Program-made: the position numbers and the translations under genes
Notes under the pieces: generated by a model
Told to the model about the DNA's origin: nothing
Seen by the model: only the letters and a program-made list of their open reading frames with translations
Database searches by the model: none
Shown here: positions 39,901 through 54,373 of the stretch, one piece after another
How positions within the stretch are numbered: the first letter of the stretch is position 1
How the letters are laid out: every line of letters starts with the position of its first letter
NCBI GenBank assembly: GCA_964057225.1
Contig: OZ059900.1
Coordinates: 25,420,001 to 25,484,000, forward strand
From: Auanema rhodensis
Taxonomy: Eukaryota > Animalia > Nematoda
Direction: 5' to 3'
Length of the DNA stretch: 64,000 nt

Positions 39901-42061
39901 GTTGTACGAACAATTTTGAGCTAGGTTTCATTGACATTGCATCAGTTTGAACACATGAAATCGTAAGTCAAAACCTTGTTTACAGCGAAATTTCCAAAAA
40001 CTGGTTTTCCAGCATAATAAAATATTTCTCAAGGGAAAAACTGTGTTTTTATATTTTTCTAGTGTTCAGCATGTGAAATGCTTCATTTTAGTATGTAACA
40101 CGCTGAAATTCGTTGCATTTGACGACTCATATGAACAAAAATCGATGTAATCAATATTAGCCATAAGGGGCGTGCCCTCAGAATATGCTAATTTCCTTAA
40201 TTTTCTAACCCCTGTTTTTTTGTCGTGAAAGTGGAACTAGACGTTGTACGAACAATTTTGAGCTAGGTTTCATTGACATTGCATGAGTTTGAACACATGA
40301 AATCGTGAGTCAAAACCTTGTTTACAGCGAAATTTCCAAAAACTGGTTTTCCAGCATAATAAAATATTTCTCATGGGAAATACTGTGTTTTTGTATTTTT
40401 CTAGTGTTCAGAATGTAGAATGCTTCATTTTAGTATAAAACACGCTGAAATTCGTTGCATTTGACGACTCATATGAACAAAAATCGATTTAATCAATATT
40501 AGCCATAAGGGGCGTGCCCTCAGAATATGCTAATTTCCTTAATTTTCTAACCCCTGTTTTTTTGTCGTGAAAGTGGAACTAGACGTTGTACGAACAATTT
40601 TGAGCTAGGTTTCATTGACATTGCATGAGTTTGAACACATGAAATCGTAAGTCAAAACCTTGTTTACAGCGAAATTTCCAAAAACTGGTTTTCCAGCATA
40701 ATAAAATATTTCTCATGGGAAAAACTGTGTTTTTGTATTTTTCTAGTGTTCAGCATGTAAAATGCTTCATTTTAGTATGTAACACGCTGAAATTCGTTGC
40801 ATTTGACGACTCATATGAACAAAAATCGATTTAATCAATATTAGCCATAAGGGGCGTGCCCTCAGAATATGCTAATTTCCTTAATTTTCTAACCCCTGTT
40901 TTTTTGTCGTGAAAGTGGAACTAGACGTTGTACGAACAATTTTGAGCTAGGTTTCATTGACATTGCATGAGTTTGAACACATGAAATCGTAAGTCAAAAC
41001 CTTGTTTACAGCGAAATTTCCAAAAACTGGTTTTCCAGCATAATAAAATATTTCTCATGGGAAATACTGTGTTTTTGTATTTTTCTAGTGTTCAGCATGT
41101 AAGATGCTTTATTTTAGTATGTAACACGCTGAAATTCGTTGCATTTGACGACTCATATGAACAAAAATCGATTTAATCAATATTAGCCATAAGGGGCGTG
41201 CCCTCAGAATATGCTAATTTCCTTAATTTTCTAACCCCTGTTTTTTTGTTGTGAAAGTGGAACTAGACGTTGTACGAACAATTTTGAGCTAGGTTTCATT
41301 GACATTGCATGAGTTTGAACACATGAAATCGTAAGTCAAAACCTTGTTTACAGCGAAATTTCCAAAAACTGGTTTTCCAGCATAATAAAATATTTCTCAA
41401 GGGAAAAACTGTGTTTTTATATTTTTCTAGTGTTCAGCATGTGAAATGCTTTATTTTAGTATGTAACACGCTGAAATTTGTTGCATTTGACGACTCATAT
41501 GAACAAAAATCGATTTAATCAATATTAGCCATAAGGGGCGTGCCCTCAGAATATGCTAATTTCCTTAATTTTCTAACCCCTGTTTTTTTGTCGTGAAAGT
41601 GGAACTAGACGTTGTACGAACAATTTTGAGCTAGGTTTCATTGACATTGCATCAGTTTGAACACATGAAATCGTAAGTCAAAACCTTGTTTACAGCGAAA
41701 TTTCCAAAAACTGGTTTTCCAGCATAATAAAATATTTCTCATGGGAAATACTGTGTTTTTGTATTTTTCTAGTGTTCAGCATGTAAAATGCTTCATTTTA
41801 GTATGTAACACGCTGAAATTCGTTGCATTTGACGACTCATATGAACAAAAATCGATTTAATCAATATTAGCCATAAGGGGCGTGCCCTCAGAATATGCTA
41901 ATTTCCTTAATTTTCTAACCCCTGTTTTTTTGTCGTGAAAGTGGAACTAGACGTTGTACGAACAATTTTGAGCTAGGTTTCATTGACATTGCATGAGTTT
42001 GAACACATGAAATCGTAAGTCAAAACCTTGTTTACAGCGAAATTTCCAAAAACTGGTTTTC
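34536..42061. repeat. 11-monomer tandem duplication (3763 bp), M102-M112 / M113-M123
   Basis: 343-bp monomers at 35562 and 39325; the mosaic monomer M107 is repeated at M118; the order of types is the same throughout. Confidence 0.85.
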
Positions 42062-45000
42062 CAGCATAATAAAATATTTCTCATGGGAAAAACTGTGTTT
42101 TTGTATTTTTCTAGTGTTCAGCATGTAAAATGCTTCATTTTAGTATGTAACACGTTGAAATTCGTTGCATTTGACGACTCATATGAACAAAAATCGATTT
42201 AATCAATATTAGCCATAAGGGGCGTGCCCTCAGAATATGCTAATTTCCTTAATTTTCTAACCCCTGTTTTTTTGTCGTGAAAGTGGAACTAGACGTTGTA
42301 CGAACAATTTTGAGCTAGGTTTCATTGACATTGCATGAGTTTGAACACATGAAATCGTGAGTCAAAACCTTGTTTACAGCGAAATTTCCAAAAACTGGTT
42401 TTCCAGCATAATAAAATATTTCTCATGGGAAATACTGTGTTTTTGTATTTTTCTAGTGTTCAGAATGTAGAATGCTTCATTTTAGTATAAAACACGCTGA
42501 AATTCGTTGCATTTGACGACTCATATGAACAAAAATCGATTTAATCAATATTAGCGATAAGGGGCGTGCCCTCAGAATATGCTAATTTCCTTAATTTTCT
42601 AACCCCTGTTTTTTTGTCGTGAAAGTGGAACTAGACGTTGTACGAACAATTTTGAGCTAGGTTTCATTGACATTGCATGAGTTTGAACACATGAAATCGT
42701 AAGTCAAAACCTTGTTTACAGCGAAATTTCCAAAAACTGGTTTTCCAGCATAATAAAATATTTCTCATGGGAAAAACTGTGTTTTTGTATTTTTCTAGTG
42801 TTCAGCATGTAAAATGCTTCATTTTAGTATGTAACACGCTGAAATTCGTTGCATTTGACGACTCATATGAACAAAAATCGATTTAATCAATATTAGCCAT
42901 AAGGGGCGTGCCCTCAGAATATGCTAATTTCCTTAATTTTCTAACCCCTGTTTTTTTGTCGTGAAAGTGGAACTAGACGTTGTACGAACAATTTTGAGCT
43001 AGGTTTCATTGACATTGCATGAGTTTGAACACATGAAATCGTAAGTCAAAACCTTGTTTACAGCGAAATTTCCAAAAACTGGTTTTCCAGCATAATAAAA
43101 TATTTCTCATGGGAAATACTGTGTTTTTGTATTTTTCTAGTGTTCAGCATGTAAGATGCTTTATTTTAGTATGTAACACGCTGAAATTCGTTGCATTTGA
43201 CGACTCATATGAACAAAAATCGATTTAATCAATATTAGCCATAAGGGGCGTGCCCTCAGAATATGCTAATTTCCTTAATTTTCTAACCCCTGTTTTTTTG
43301 TCGTGAAAGTGGAACTAGACGTTCTACGAACAATTTTGAGCTAGGTTTCATTGACATTGCATGAGTTTGAACACATGAAATCGTAAGTCAAAACCTTGTT
43401 TACAGCGAAATTTCCAAAAACTGGTTTTCCAGCATAATAAAATATTTCTCAAGGGAAAAACTGTGTTTTTATATTTTTCTAGTGTTCAGCATGTGAAATG
43501 CTTTATTTTAGTATGTAACACGCTGAAATTTGTTGCATTTGACGACTCATATGAACAAAAATCGATTTAATCAATATTAGCCATAAGGGGCGTGCCCTCA
43601 GAATATGCTAATTTCCTTAATTTTCTAACCCCTGTTTTTTTGTCGTGAAAGTGGAACTAGACGTTGTACGAACAATTTTGAGCTAGGTTTCATTGACATT
43701 GCATCAGTTTGAACACATGAAATCGTAAGTCAAAACCTTGTTTACAGCGAAATTTCCAAAAACTGGTTTTCCAGCATAATAAAATATTTCTCATGGGAAA
43801 TACTGTGTTTTTGTATTCTTCTAGTGTTCAGCATGTAAAATGCTTCATTTTAGTATGTAACACGCTGAAATTCGTTGCATTTGACGACTCATATGAACAA
43901 AAATCGATTTAATCAATATTAGCCATAAGGGGCGTGCCCTCAGAATATGCTAATTTCCTTAATTTTCTAACCCCTGTTTTTTTGTCGTGAAAGTGGAACT
44001 AGACGTTGTACGAACAATTTTGAGCTAGGTTTCATTGACATTGCATGAGTTTGAACACATGAAATCGTAAGTCAAAACCTTGTTTACAGCGAAATTTCCA
44101 AAAACTGGTTTTCCAGCATAATAAAATATTTCTCATGGGAAAAACTGTGTTTTTGTATTTTTCTAGTGTTCAGCATGTAAAATGCTTCATTTTAGTATAT
44201 AACACGCTGAAATTCGTTGCATTTGACGACTCATATGAACAAAAATCGATTTAATCAATATTAGCCATAAGGGGCGTGCCCTCAGAATATGCTAATTTCC
44301 TTAATTTTCTAACCCCTGTTTTTTTGTCGTGAAAGTGGAACTAGACGTTGTACGAACAATTTTGAGCTAGGTTTCATTGACATTGCATGAGTTTGAACAC
44401 ATGAAATCGTAAGTCAAAACCTTGTTTACAGCGAAATTTCCAAAAACTGGTTTTCCAGCATAATAAAATATTTCTCATGGGAAATACTGTGTTTTTGTAT
44501 TTTTCTAGTGTTCAGCATGTAAGATGCTTTATTTTAGTATGTAACACGCTGAAATTCGTTGCATTTGACGACTCATATGAACAAAAATCGATTTAATCAA
44601 TATTAGCCATAAGGGGCGTGCCCTCAGAATATGCTAATTTCCTTAATTTTCTAACCCCTGTTTTTTTGTCGTGAAAGTGGAACTAGACGTTGTACGAACA
44701 ATTTTGAGCTAGGTTTCATTGACATTGCATGAGTTTGAACACATGAAATCGTAAGTCAAAACCTTGTTTACAGCGAAATTTCCAAAAACTGGTTTTCCAG
44801 CATAATAAAATATTTCTCAAGGGAAAAACTGTGTTTTTATATTTTTCTAGTGTTCAGCATGTGAAATGCTTTATTTTAGTATGTAACACGCTGAAATTTG
44901 TTGCATTTGACGACTCATATGAACAAAAATCGATTTAATCAATATTAGCCATAAGGGGCGTGCCCTCAGAATATGCTAATTTCCTTAATTTTCTAACCCC

Positions 45001-48000
45001 TGTTTTTTTGTCGTGAAAGTGGAACTAGACGTTGTACGAACAATTTTGAGCTAGGTTTCATTGACATTGCATCAGTTTGAACACATGAAATCGTAAGTCA
45101 AAACCTTGTTTACAGCGAAATTTCCAAAAACTGGTTTTCCAGCATAATAAAATATTTCTCATGGGAAATACTGTGTTTTTGTATTTTTCTAGTGTTCAGC
45201 ATGTAAAATGCTTCATTTTAGTATGTAACACGCTGAAATTCGTTGCATTTGACGACTCATATGAACAAAAATCGATTTAATCAATATTAGCCATAAGGGG
45301 CGTGCCCTCAGAATATGCTAATTTCCTTAATTTTCTAACCCCTGTTTTTTTGTCGTGAAAGTGGAACTAGACGTTCTACGAACAATTTTGAGCTAGGTTT
45401 CATTGACATTGCATGAGTTTGAACACATGAAATCGTAAGTCAAAACCTTGTTTACAGCGAAATTTCCAAAAACTGGTTTTCCAGCATAATAAAATATTTC
45501 TCATGGGAAAAACTGTGTTTTTGTATTTTTCTAGTGTTCAGCATGTAAAATGCTTCATTTTAGTATGTAACACAGTGAAATTTGTTGCATTTGACGACTC
45601 ATATGAACAAAAATCGATTTAATCAATATTAGCCATAAGGGGCGTGCCCTCAGAATATGCTAATTTCCTTAATTTTCTAACCCCTGTTTTTTTGTCGTGA
45701 AAGTGGAACTAGACGTTGTACGAACAATTTTGAGCTAGGTTTCATTGACATTGCATGAGTTTGAACACATGAAATCGTAAGTCAAAACCTTGTTTACAGC
45801 GAAATTTCCAAAAACTGGTTTTCCAGCATAATAAAATATTTCTCAAGGGAAAAACTGTGTTTTTATATTTTTCTAGTGTTCAGCATGTGAAATGCTTTAT
45901 TTTAGTATGTAACACGCTGAAATTTGTTGCATTTGACGACTCATATGAACAAAAATCGATTTAATCAATATTAGCCATAACGGGCGTGCCCTCAGAATAT
46001 GCTAATTTCCTTAATTTTCTAACCCCTGTTTTTTTGTCGTGAAAGTGGAACTAGACGTTGTACGATCAATTTTGAGCTAGGTTTCATTGACATTGCATGA
46101 GTTTGAACACATGAAATCGTAAGTCAAAACCTTGTTTACAGCGAAATTTCCAAAAACTGGTTTTCCAGCATAATAAAATATTTCTCATGGGAAATACTGT
46201 GTTTTTGTATTTTTCTAGTGTTCAGCATGTAAAATGCTTCATTTTAGTATGTAACACGCTGAAATTCGTTGCATTTGACGACTCATATGAACAAAAATCG
46301 ATTTAATCAATATTAGCCATAAGGGGCGTGCCCTCAGAATATGCTAATTTCCTTAATTTTCTAACCCCTGTTTTTTTGTCGTGAAAGTGGAACTAGACGT
46401 TGTACGAACAATTTTGAGCTAGGTTTCATTGACATTGCATGAGTTTGAACACATGAAATCGTAAGTCAAAACCTTGTTTACAGCGAAATTTCCAAAAACT
46501 GGTTTTCCAGCATAATACAATATTTCTCATGGGAAATACTGTGTTTTTGTATTTTTCTAGTGTTCAGAATGTAGAATGCTTCATTTTAGTATGTAACACG
46601 CTGAAATTCGTTGCATTTGACGACTCATATGAACAAAAATCGATGTAATCAATATTAGCCATAAGGGGCGTGCCCTCAGAATATGCTAATTTCCTTAATT
46701 TTCTAACCCCTGTTTTTTTGTCGTGAAAGTGGAACTAGACGTTGTACGAACAATTTTGAGCTAGGTTTCATTGACATTGCATCAGTTTGAACACATGAAA
46801 TCGTAAGTCAAAACCTTGTTTACAGCGAAATTTCCAAAAACTGGTTTTCCAGCATAATAAAATATTTCTCAAGGGAAAAACTGTGTTTTTATATTTTTCT
46901 AGTGTTCAGCATGTGAAATGCTTCATTTTAGTATGTAACACGCTGAAATTTGTTGCATTTGACGACTCATATGAACAAAAATCGATTTAATCAATATTAG
47001 CCATAAGGGGCGTGCCCTCAGAATATGCTAATTTCCTTAATTTTCTAACCCCTGTTTTTTTGTCGTGAAAGTGGAACTAGACGTTGTACGAACAATTTTG
47101 AGCTAGGTTTCATTGACATTGCATCAGTTTGAACACATGAAATCGTAAGTCAAAACCTTGTTTACAGCGAAATTTCCAAAAACTGGTTTTCCAGCATAAT
47201 AAAATATTTCTCATGGGAAATACTGTGTTTTTGTATTTTTCTAGTGTTCAGAATGTAGAATGCTTCATTTTAGTATAAAACACGCTGAAATTCGTTGCAT
47301 TTGACGACTCATATGAACAAAAATCGATTTAATCAATATTAGCCATAAGGGGCGTGCCCTCAGAATATGCTAATTTCCTTAATTTTCTAACCCCTGTTTT
47401 TTTGTCGTGAAAGTGGAACTAGACGTTGTACGAACAATTTTGAGCTAGGTTTCATTGACATTGCATGAGTTTGAACACATGAAATCGTAAGTCAAAACCT
47501 TGTTTACAGCGAAATTTCCAAAAACTGGTTTTCCAGCATAATAAAATATTTCTCATGGGAAAAACTGTGTTTTTGTATTTTTCTAGTGTTCAGCATGTAA
47601 AATGCTTCATTTTAGTATGTAACACGCTGAAATTCGTTGCATTTGACGACTCATATGAACAAAAATCGATTTAATCAATATTAGCCATAAGGGGCGTGCC
47701 CTCAGAATATGCTAATTTCCTTAATTTTCTAACCCCTGTTTTTTTGTCGTGAAAGTGGAACTAGACGTTGTACGAACAATTTTGAGCTAGGTTTCATTGA
47801 CATTGCATGAGTTTGAACACATGAAATCGTAAGTCAAAACCTTGTTTACAGCGAAATTTCCAAAAACTGGTTTTCCAGCATAATAAAATATTTCTCATGG
47901 GAAATACTGTGTTTTTGTATTTTTCTAGTGTTCAGCATGTAAGATGCTTTATTTTAGTATGTAACACGCTGAAATTCGTTGCATTTGACGACTCATATGA

Positions 48001-51000
48001 ACAAAAATCGATTTAATCAATATTAGCCATAAGGGGCGTGCCCTCAGAATATGCTAATTTCCTTAATTTTCTAACCCCTGTTTTTTTGTCGTGAAAGTGG
48101 AACTAGACGTTGTACGAACAATTTTGAGCTAGGTTTCATTGACATTGCATGAGTTTGAACACATGAAATCGTAAGTCAAAACCTTGTTTACAGCGAAATT
48201 TCCAAAAACTGGTTTTCCAGCATAATAAAATATTTCTCAAGGGAAAAACTGTGTTTTTATATTTTTCTAGTGTTCAGCATGTGAAATGCTTTATTTTAGT
48301 ATGTAACACGCTGAAATTTGTTGCATTTGACGACTCATATGAACAAAAATCGATTTAATCAATATTAGCCATAAGGGGCGTGCCCTCAGAATATGCTAAT
48401 TTCCTTAATTTTCTAACCCCTGTTTTTTTGTCGTGAAAGTGGAACTAGACGTTGTACGAACAATTTTGAGCTAGGTTTCATTGACATTGCATCAGTTTGA
48501 ACACATGAAATCGTAAGTCAAAACCTTGTTTACAGCGAAATTTCCAAAAACTGGTTTTCCAGCATAATAAAATATTTCTCATGGGAAATACTGTGTTTTT
48601 GTATTTTTCTAGTGTTCAGCATGTAAAATGCTTCATTTTAGTATGTAACACGCTGAAATTCGTTGCATTTGACGACTCATATGAACAAAAATCGATTTAA
48701 TCAATATTAGCCATAAGGGGCGTGCCCTCAGAATATGCTAATTTCCTTAATTTTCTAACCCCTGTTTTTTTGTCGTGAAAGTGGAACTAGACGTTCTACG
48801 AACAATTTTGAGCTAGGTTTCATTGACATTGCATGAGTTTGAACACATGAAATCGTAAGTCAAAACCTTGTTTACAGCGAAATTTCCAAAAACTGGTTTT
48901 CCAGCATAATAAAATATTTCTCATGGGAAAAACTGTGTTTTTGTATTTTTCTAGTGTTCAGCATGTAAAATGCTTCATTTTAGTATGTAACACGCTGAAA
49001 TTCGTTGCATTTGACGACTCATATGAACAAAAATCGATTTAATCAATATTAGCCATAAGGGGCGTGCCCTCAGAATATGCTAATTTCCTTAATTTTCTAA
49101 CCCCTGTTTTTTTGTCGTGAAAGTGGAACTAGACGTTGTACGAACAATTTTGAGCTAGGTTTCATTGACATTGCATGAGTTTGAACACATGAAATCGTAA
49201 GTCAAAACCTTGTTTACAGCGAAATTTCCAAAAACTGGTTTTCCAGCATAATAAAATATTTCTCATGGGAAATACTGTGTTTTTGTATTTTTCTAGTGTT
49301 CAGCATGTAAGATGCTTTATTTTAGTATGTAACACGCTGAAATTCGTTGCATTTGACGACTCATATGAACAAAAATCGATTTAATCAATATTAGCCATAA
49401 GGGGCGTGCCCTCAGAATATGCTAATTTCCTTAATTTTCTAACCCCTGTTTTTTTGTCGTGAAAGTGGAACTAGACGTTGTACGAACAATTTTGAGCTAG
49501 GTTTCATTGACATTGCATGAGTTTGAACACATGAAATCGTAAGTCAAAACCTTGTTTACAGCGAAATTTCCAAAAACTGGTTTTCCAGCATAATAAAATA
49601 TTTCTCAAGGGAAAAACTGTGTTTTTATATTTTTCTAGTGTTCAGCATGTGAAATGCTTTATTTTAGTATGTAACACGCTGAAATTTGTTGCATTTGACG
49701 ACTCATATGAACAAAAATCGATTTAATCAATATTAGCCATAAGGGGCGTGCCCTCAGAATATGCTAATTTCCTTAATTTTCTAACCCCTGTTTTTTTGTC
49801 GTGAAAGTGGAACTAGACGTTGTACGAACAATTTTGAGCTAGGTTTCATTGACATTGCATGAGTTTGAACACATGAAATCGTAAGTCAAAACCTTGTTTA
49901 CAGCGAAATTTCCAAAAACTGGTTTTCCAGCATAATAAAATATTTCTCATGGGAAATACTGTGTTTTTGTATTTTTCTAGTGTTCAGCATGTAAAATGGT
50001 TCATTTTATTATGTAACACGCTGAAATTCGTTGCATTTGACGGCTCATATGAACAAAAATCGATTTAATCAATATTAGCCATGAGGGGCGTGCCCTCAGA
50101 ATATGCTAATTTCCTTAATTTTCTAACCCCTGTTTTTTTGTCGTGAAAGTGGAACTAGACGTTGTACGAACAATTTCGAGCTAGGTTTCATTGACATTGC
50201 ATGAGTTTGAACACATGAAATCGTAAGTCAAAACCTTGTTTACAGCGAAATTTCCAAAAACTGGTTTTCCAGCATAATAAAATATTTCTCATGGGAAATA
50301 CTGTGTTTTTGTATTTTTCTAGTGTTCAGCATGTAAGATGCTTTATTTTAGTATGTAACACGCTGAAATTCGTTGCATTTGACGACTCATATGAACAAAA
50401 ATCGATTTAATCAATATTAGCCATAAGGGGCGTGCCCTCAGAATATGCTAATTTCCTTAATTTTCTAACCCCTGTTTTTTTGTCGTGAAAGTGGAACTAG
50501 ACGTTGTACGAACAATTTTGAGCTAGGTTTCATTGACATTGCATGAGTTTGAACACATGAAATCGTAAGTCAAAACCTTGTTTACAGCGAAATTTCCAAA
50601 AACTGGTTTTCCAGCATAATAAAATATTTCTCATGGGAAATACTGTGTTTTTGTATTTTTCTAGTGTTCAGCATGTAAAATGCTTCATTTTAGTATGTAA
50701 CACGCTGAAATTCGTTGCATTTGACGACTCATATGAACAAAAATCGATTTAATCAATATTAGCCATAAGGGGCGTGCCCTCAGAATATGCTAATTTCCTT
50801 AATTTTCTAACCCCTGTTTTTTTGTCGTGAAAGTGGAACTAGACGTTGTACGAACAATTTTGAGCTAGGTTTCATTGACATTGCATGAGTTTGAACACAT
50901 GAAATCGTAAGTCAAAACCTTGTTTACAGCGAAATTTCCAAAAACTGGTTTTCCAGCATAATAAAATATTTCTCATGGGAAATACTGTGTTTTTGTATTT

Positions 51001-54000
51001 TTCTAGTGTTCAGCATGTAAGATGCTTTATTTTAGTATGTAACACGCTGAAATTCGTTGCATTTGACGACTCATATGAACAAAAATCGATTTAATCAATA
51101 TTAGCCATAAGGGGCGTGCCCTCAGAATATGCTAATTTCCTTAATTTTCTAACCCCTGTTTTTTTGTCGTGAAAGTGGAACTAGACGTTGTACGAACAAT
51201 TTTGAGCTAGGTTTCATTGACATTGCATGAGTTTGAACACATGAAATCGTAAGTCAAAACCTTGTTTACAGCGAAATTTCCAAAAACTGGTTTTCCAGCA
51301 TAATAAAATATTTCTCAAGGGAAAAACTGTGTTTTTATATTTTTCTAGTGTTCAGCATGTGAAATGCTTTATTTTAGTATGTAACACGCTGAAATTTGTT
51401 GCATTTGACGACTCATATGAACAAAAATCGATTTAATCAATATTAGCCATAAGGGGCGTGCCCTCAGAATATGCTAATTTCCTTAATTTTCTAACCCCTG
51501 TTTTTTTGTCGTGAAAGTGGAACTAGACGTTCTACGAACAATTTTGAGCTAGGTTTCATTGACATTGCATGAGTTTGAACACATGAAATCGTAAGTCAAA
51601 ACCTTGTTTACAGCGAAATTTCCAAAAACTGGTTTTCCAGCATAATAAAATATTTCTCATGGGAAAAACTGTGTTTTTGTATTTTTCTAGTGTTCAGCAT
51701 GTAAAATGCTTCATTTTAGTATGTAACACGCTGAAATTCGTTGCATTTGACGACTCATATGAACAAAAATCGATTTAATCAATATTAGCCATAAGGGGCG
51801 TGCCCTCAGAATATGCTAATTTCCTTAATTTTCTAACCCCTGTTTTTTTGTCGTGAAAGTGGAACTAGACGTTGTACGAACAATTTTGAGCTAGGTTTCA
51901 TTGACATTGCATGAGTTTGAACACATGAAATCGTAAGTCAAAACCTTGTTTACAGCGAAATTTCCAAAAACTGGTTTTCCAGCATAATAAAATATTTCTC
52001 ATGGGAAATACTGTGTTTTTGTATTTTTCTAGTGTTCAGCATGTAAGATGCTTTATTTTAGTATGTAACACGCTGAAATTCGTTGCATTTGACGACTCAT
52101 ATGAACAAAAATCGATTTAATCAATATTAGCCATAAGGGGCGTGCCCTCAGAATATGCTAATTTCCTTAATTTTCTAACCCCTGTTTTTTTGTCGTGAAA
52201 GTGGAACTAGACGTTCTACGAACAATTTTGAGCTAGGTTTCATTGACATTGCATGAGTTTGAACACATGAAATCGTAAGTCAAAACCTTGTTTACAGCGA
52301 AATTTCCAAAAACTGGTTTTCCAGCATAATAAAATATTTCTCATGGGAAAAACTGTGTTTTTGTATTTTTCTAGTGTTCAGCATATAAAATGCTTCATTT
52401 TAGTATATAACACACTGAAATTTGTTGCATTTGACGACTCATATGAACAAAAATCGATTTAATCAATATTAGCCATAAGGGGCGTGCCCTCAGAATATGC
52501 TAATTTCCTTAATTTTCTAACCCCTGTTTTTTTGTCGTGAAAGTGGAACTAGACGTTGTACGAACAATTTTGAGCTAGGTTTCATTGACATTGCATGAGT
52601 TTGAACACATGAAATCGTAAGTCAAAACCTTGTTTACAGCGAAATTTCCAAAAACTGGTTTTCCAGCATAATAAAATATTTCTCATGGGAAATACTGTGT
52701 TTTTGTATTTTTCTAGTGTTCAGCATGTAAGATGCTTTATTTTAGTATGTAACACGCTGAAATTCGTTGCATTTGACGACTCATATGAACAAAAATCGAT
52801 TTAATCAATATTAGCCATAAGGGGCGTGCCCTCAGAATATGCTAATTTCCTTAATTTTCTAACCCCTGTTTTTTTGTCGTGAAAGTGGAACTAGACGTTG
52901 TACGAACAATTTTGAGCTAGGTTTCATTGACATTGCATGAGTTTGAACACATGAAATCGTAAGTCAAAACCTTGTTTACAGCGAAATTTCCAAAAACTGG
53001 TTTTCCAGCATAATAAAATATTTCTCAAGGGAAAAACTGTGTTTTTATATTTTTCTAGTGTTCAGCATGTGAAATGCTTTATTTTAGTATGTAACACGCT
53101 GAAATTTGTTGCATTTGACGACTCATATGAACAAAAATCGATTTAATCAATATTAGCCATAAGGGGCGTGCCCTCAGAATATGCTAATTTCCTTAATTTT
53201 CTAACCCCTGTTTTTTTGTCGTGAAAGTGGAACTAGACGTTGTACGAACAATTTTGAGCTAGGTTTCATTGACATTGCATCAGTTTGAACACATGAAATC
53301 GTAAGTCAAAACCTTGTTTACAGCGAAATTTCCAAAAACTGGTTTTCCAGCATAATAAAATATTTCTCATGGGAAATACTGTGTTTTTGTATTTTTCTAG
53401 TGTTCAGCATGTAAAATGCTTCATTTTAGTATGTAACACGCTGAAATTCGTTGCATTTGACGACTCATATGAACAAAAATCGATTTAATCAATATTAGCC
53501 ATAAGGGGCGTGCCCTCAGAATATGCTAATTTCCTTAATTTTCTAACCCCTGTTTTTTTGTCGTGAAAGTGGAACTAGACGTTGTACGAACAATTTTGAG
53601 CTAGGTTTCATTGACATTGCATGAGTTTGAACACATGAAATCGTAAGTCAAAACCTTGTTTACAGCGAAATTTCCAAAAACTGGTTTTCCAGCATAATAA
53701 AATATTTCTCATGGGAAAAACTGTGTTTTTGTATTTTTCTAGTGTTCAGCATGTAAAATGCTTCATTTTAGTATGTAACACGCTGAAATTCGTTGCATTT
53801 GACGACTCATATGAACAAAAATCGATTTAATCAATATTAGCCATAAGGGGCGTGCCCTCAGAATATGCTAATTTCCTTAATTTTCTAACCCCTGTTTTTT
53901 TGTCGTGAAAGTGGAACTAGACGTTGTACGAACAATTTTGAGCTAGGTTTCATTGACATTGCATGAGTTTGAACACATGAAATCGTAAGTCAAAACCTTG

Positions 54001-54373
54001 TTTACAGCGAAATTTCCAAAAACTGGTTTTCCAGCATAATAAAATATTTCTCATGGGAAATACTGTGTTTTTGTATTTTTCTAGTGTTCAGCATGTAAGA
54101 TGCTTTATTTTAGTATGTAACACGCTGAAATTCGTTGCATTTGACGACTCATATGAACAAAAATCGATTTAATCAATATTAGCCATAAGGGGCGTGCCCT
54201 CAGAATATGCTAATTTCCTTAATTTTCTAACCCCTGTTTTTTTGTCGTGAAAGTGGAACTAGACGTTGTACGAACAATTTTGAGCTAGGTTTCATTGACA
54301 TTGCATGAGTTTGAACACATGAAATCGTAAGTCAAAACCTTGTTTACAGCGAAATTTCCAAAAACTGGTTTTC

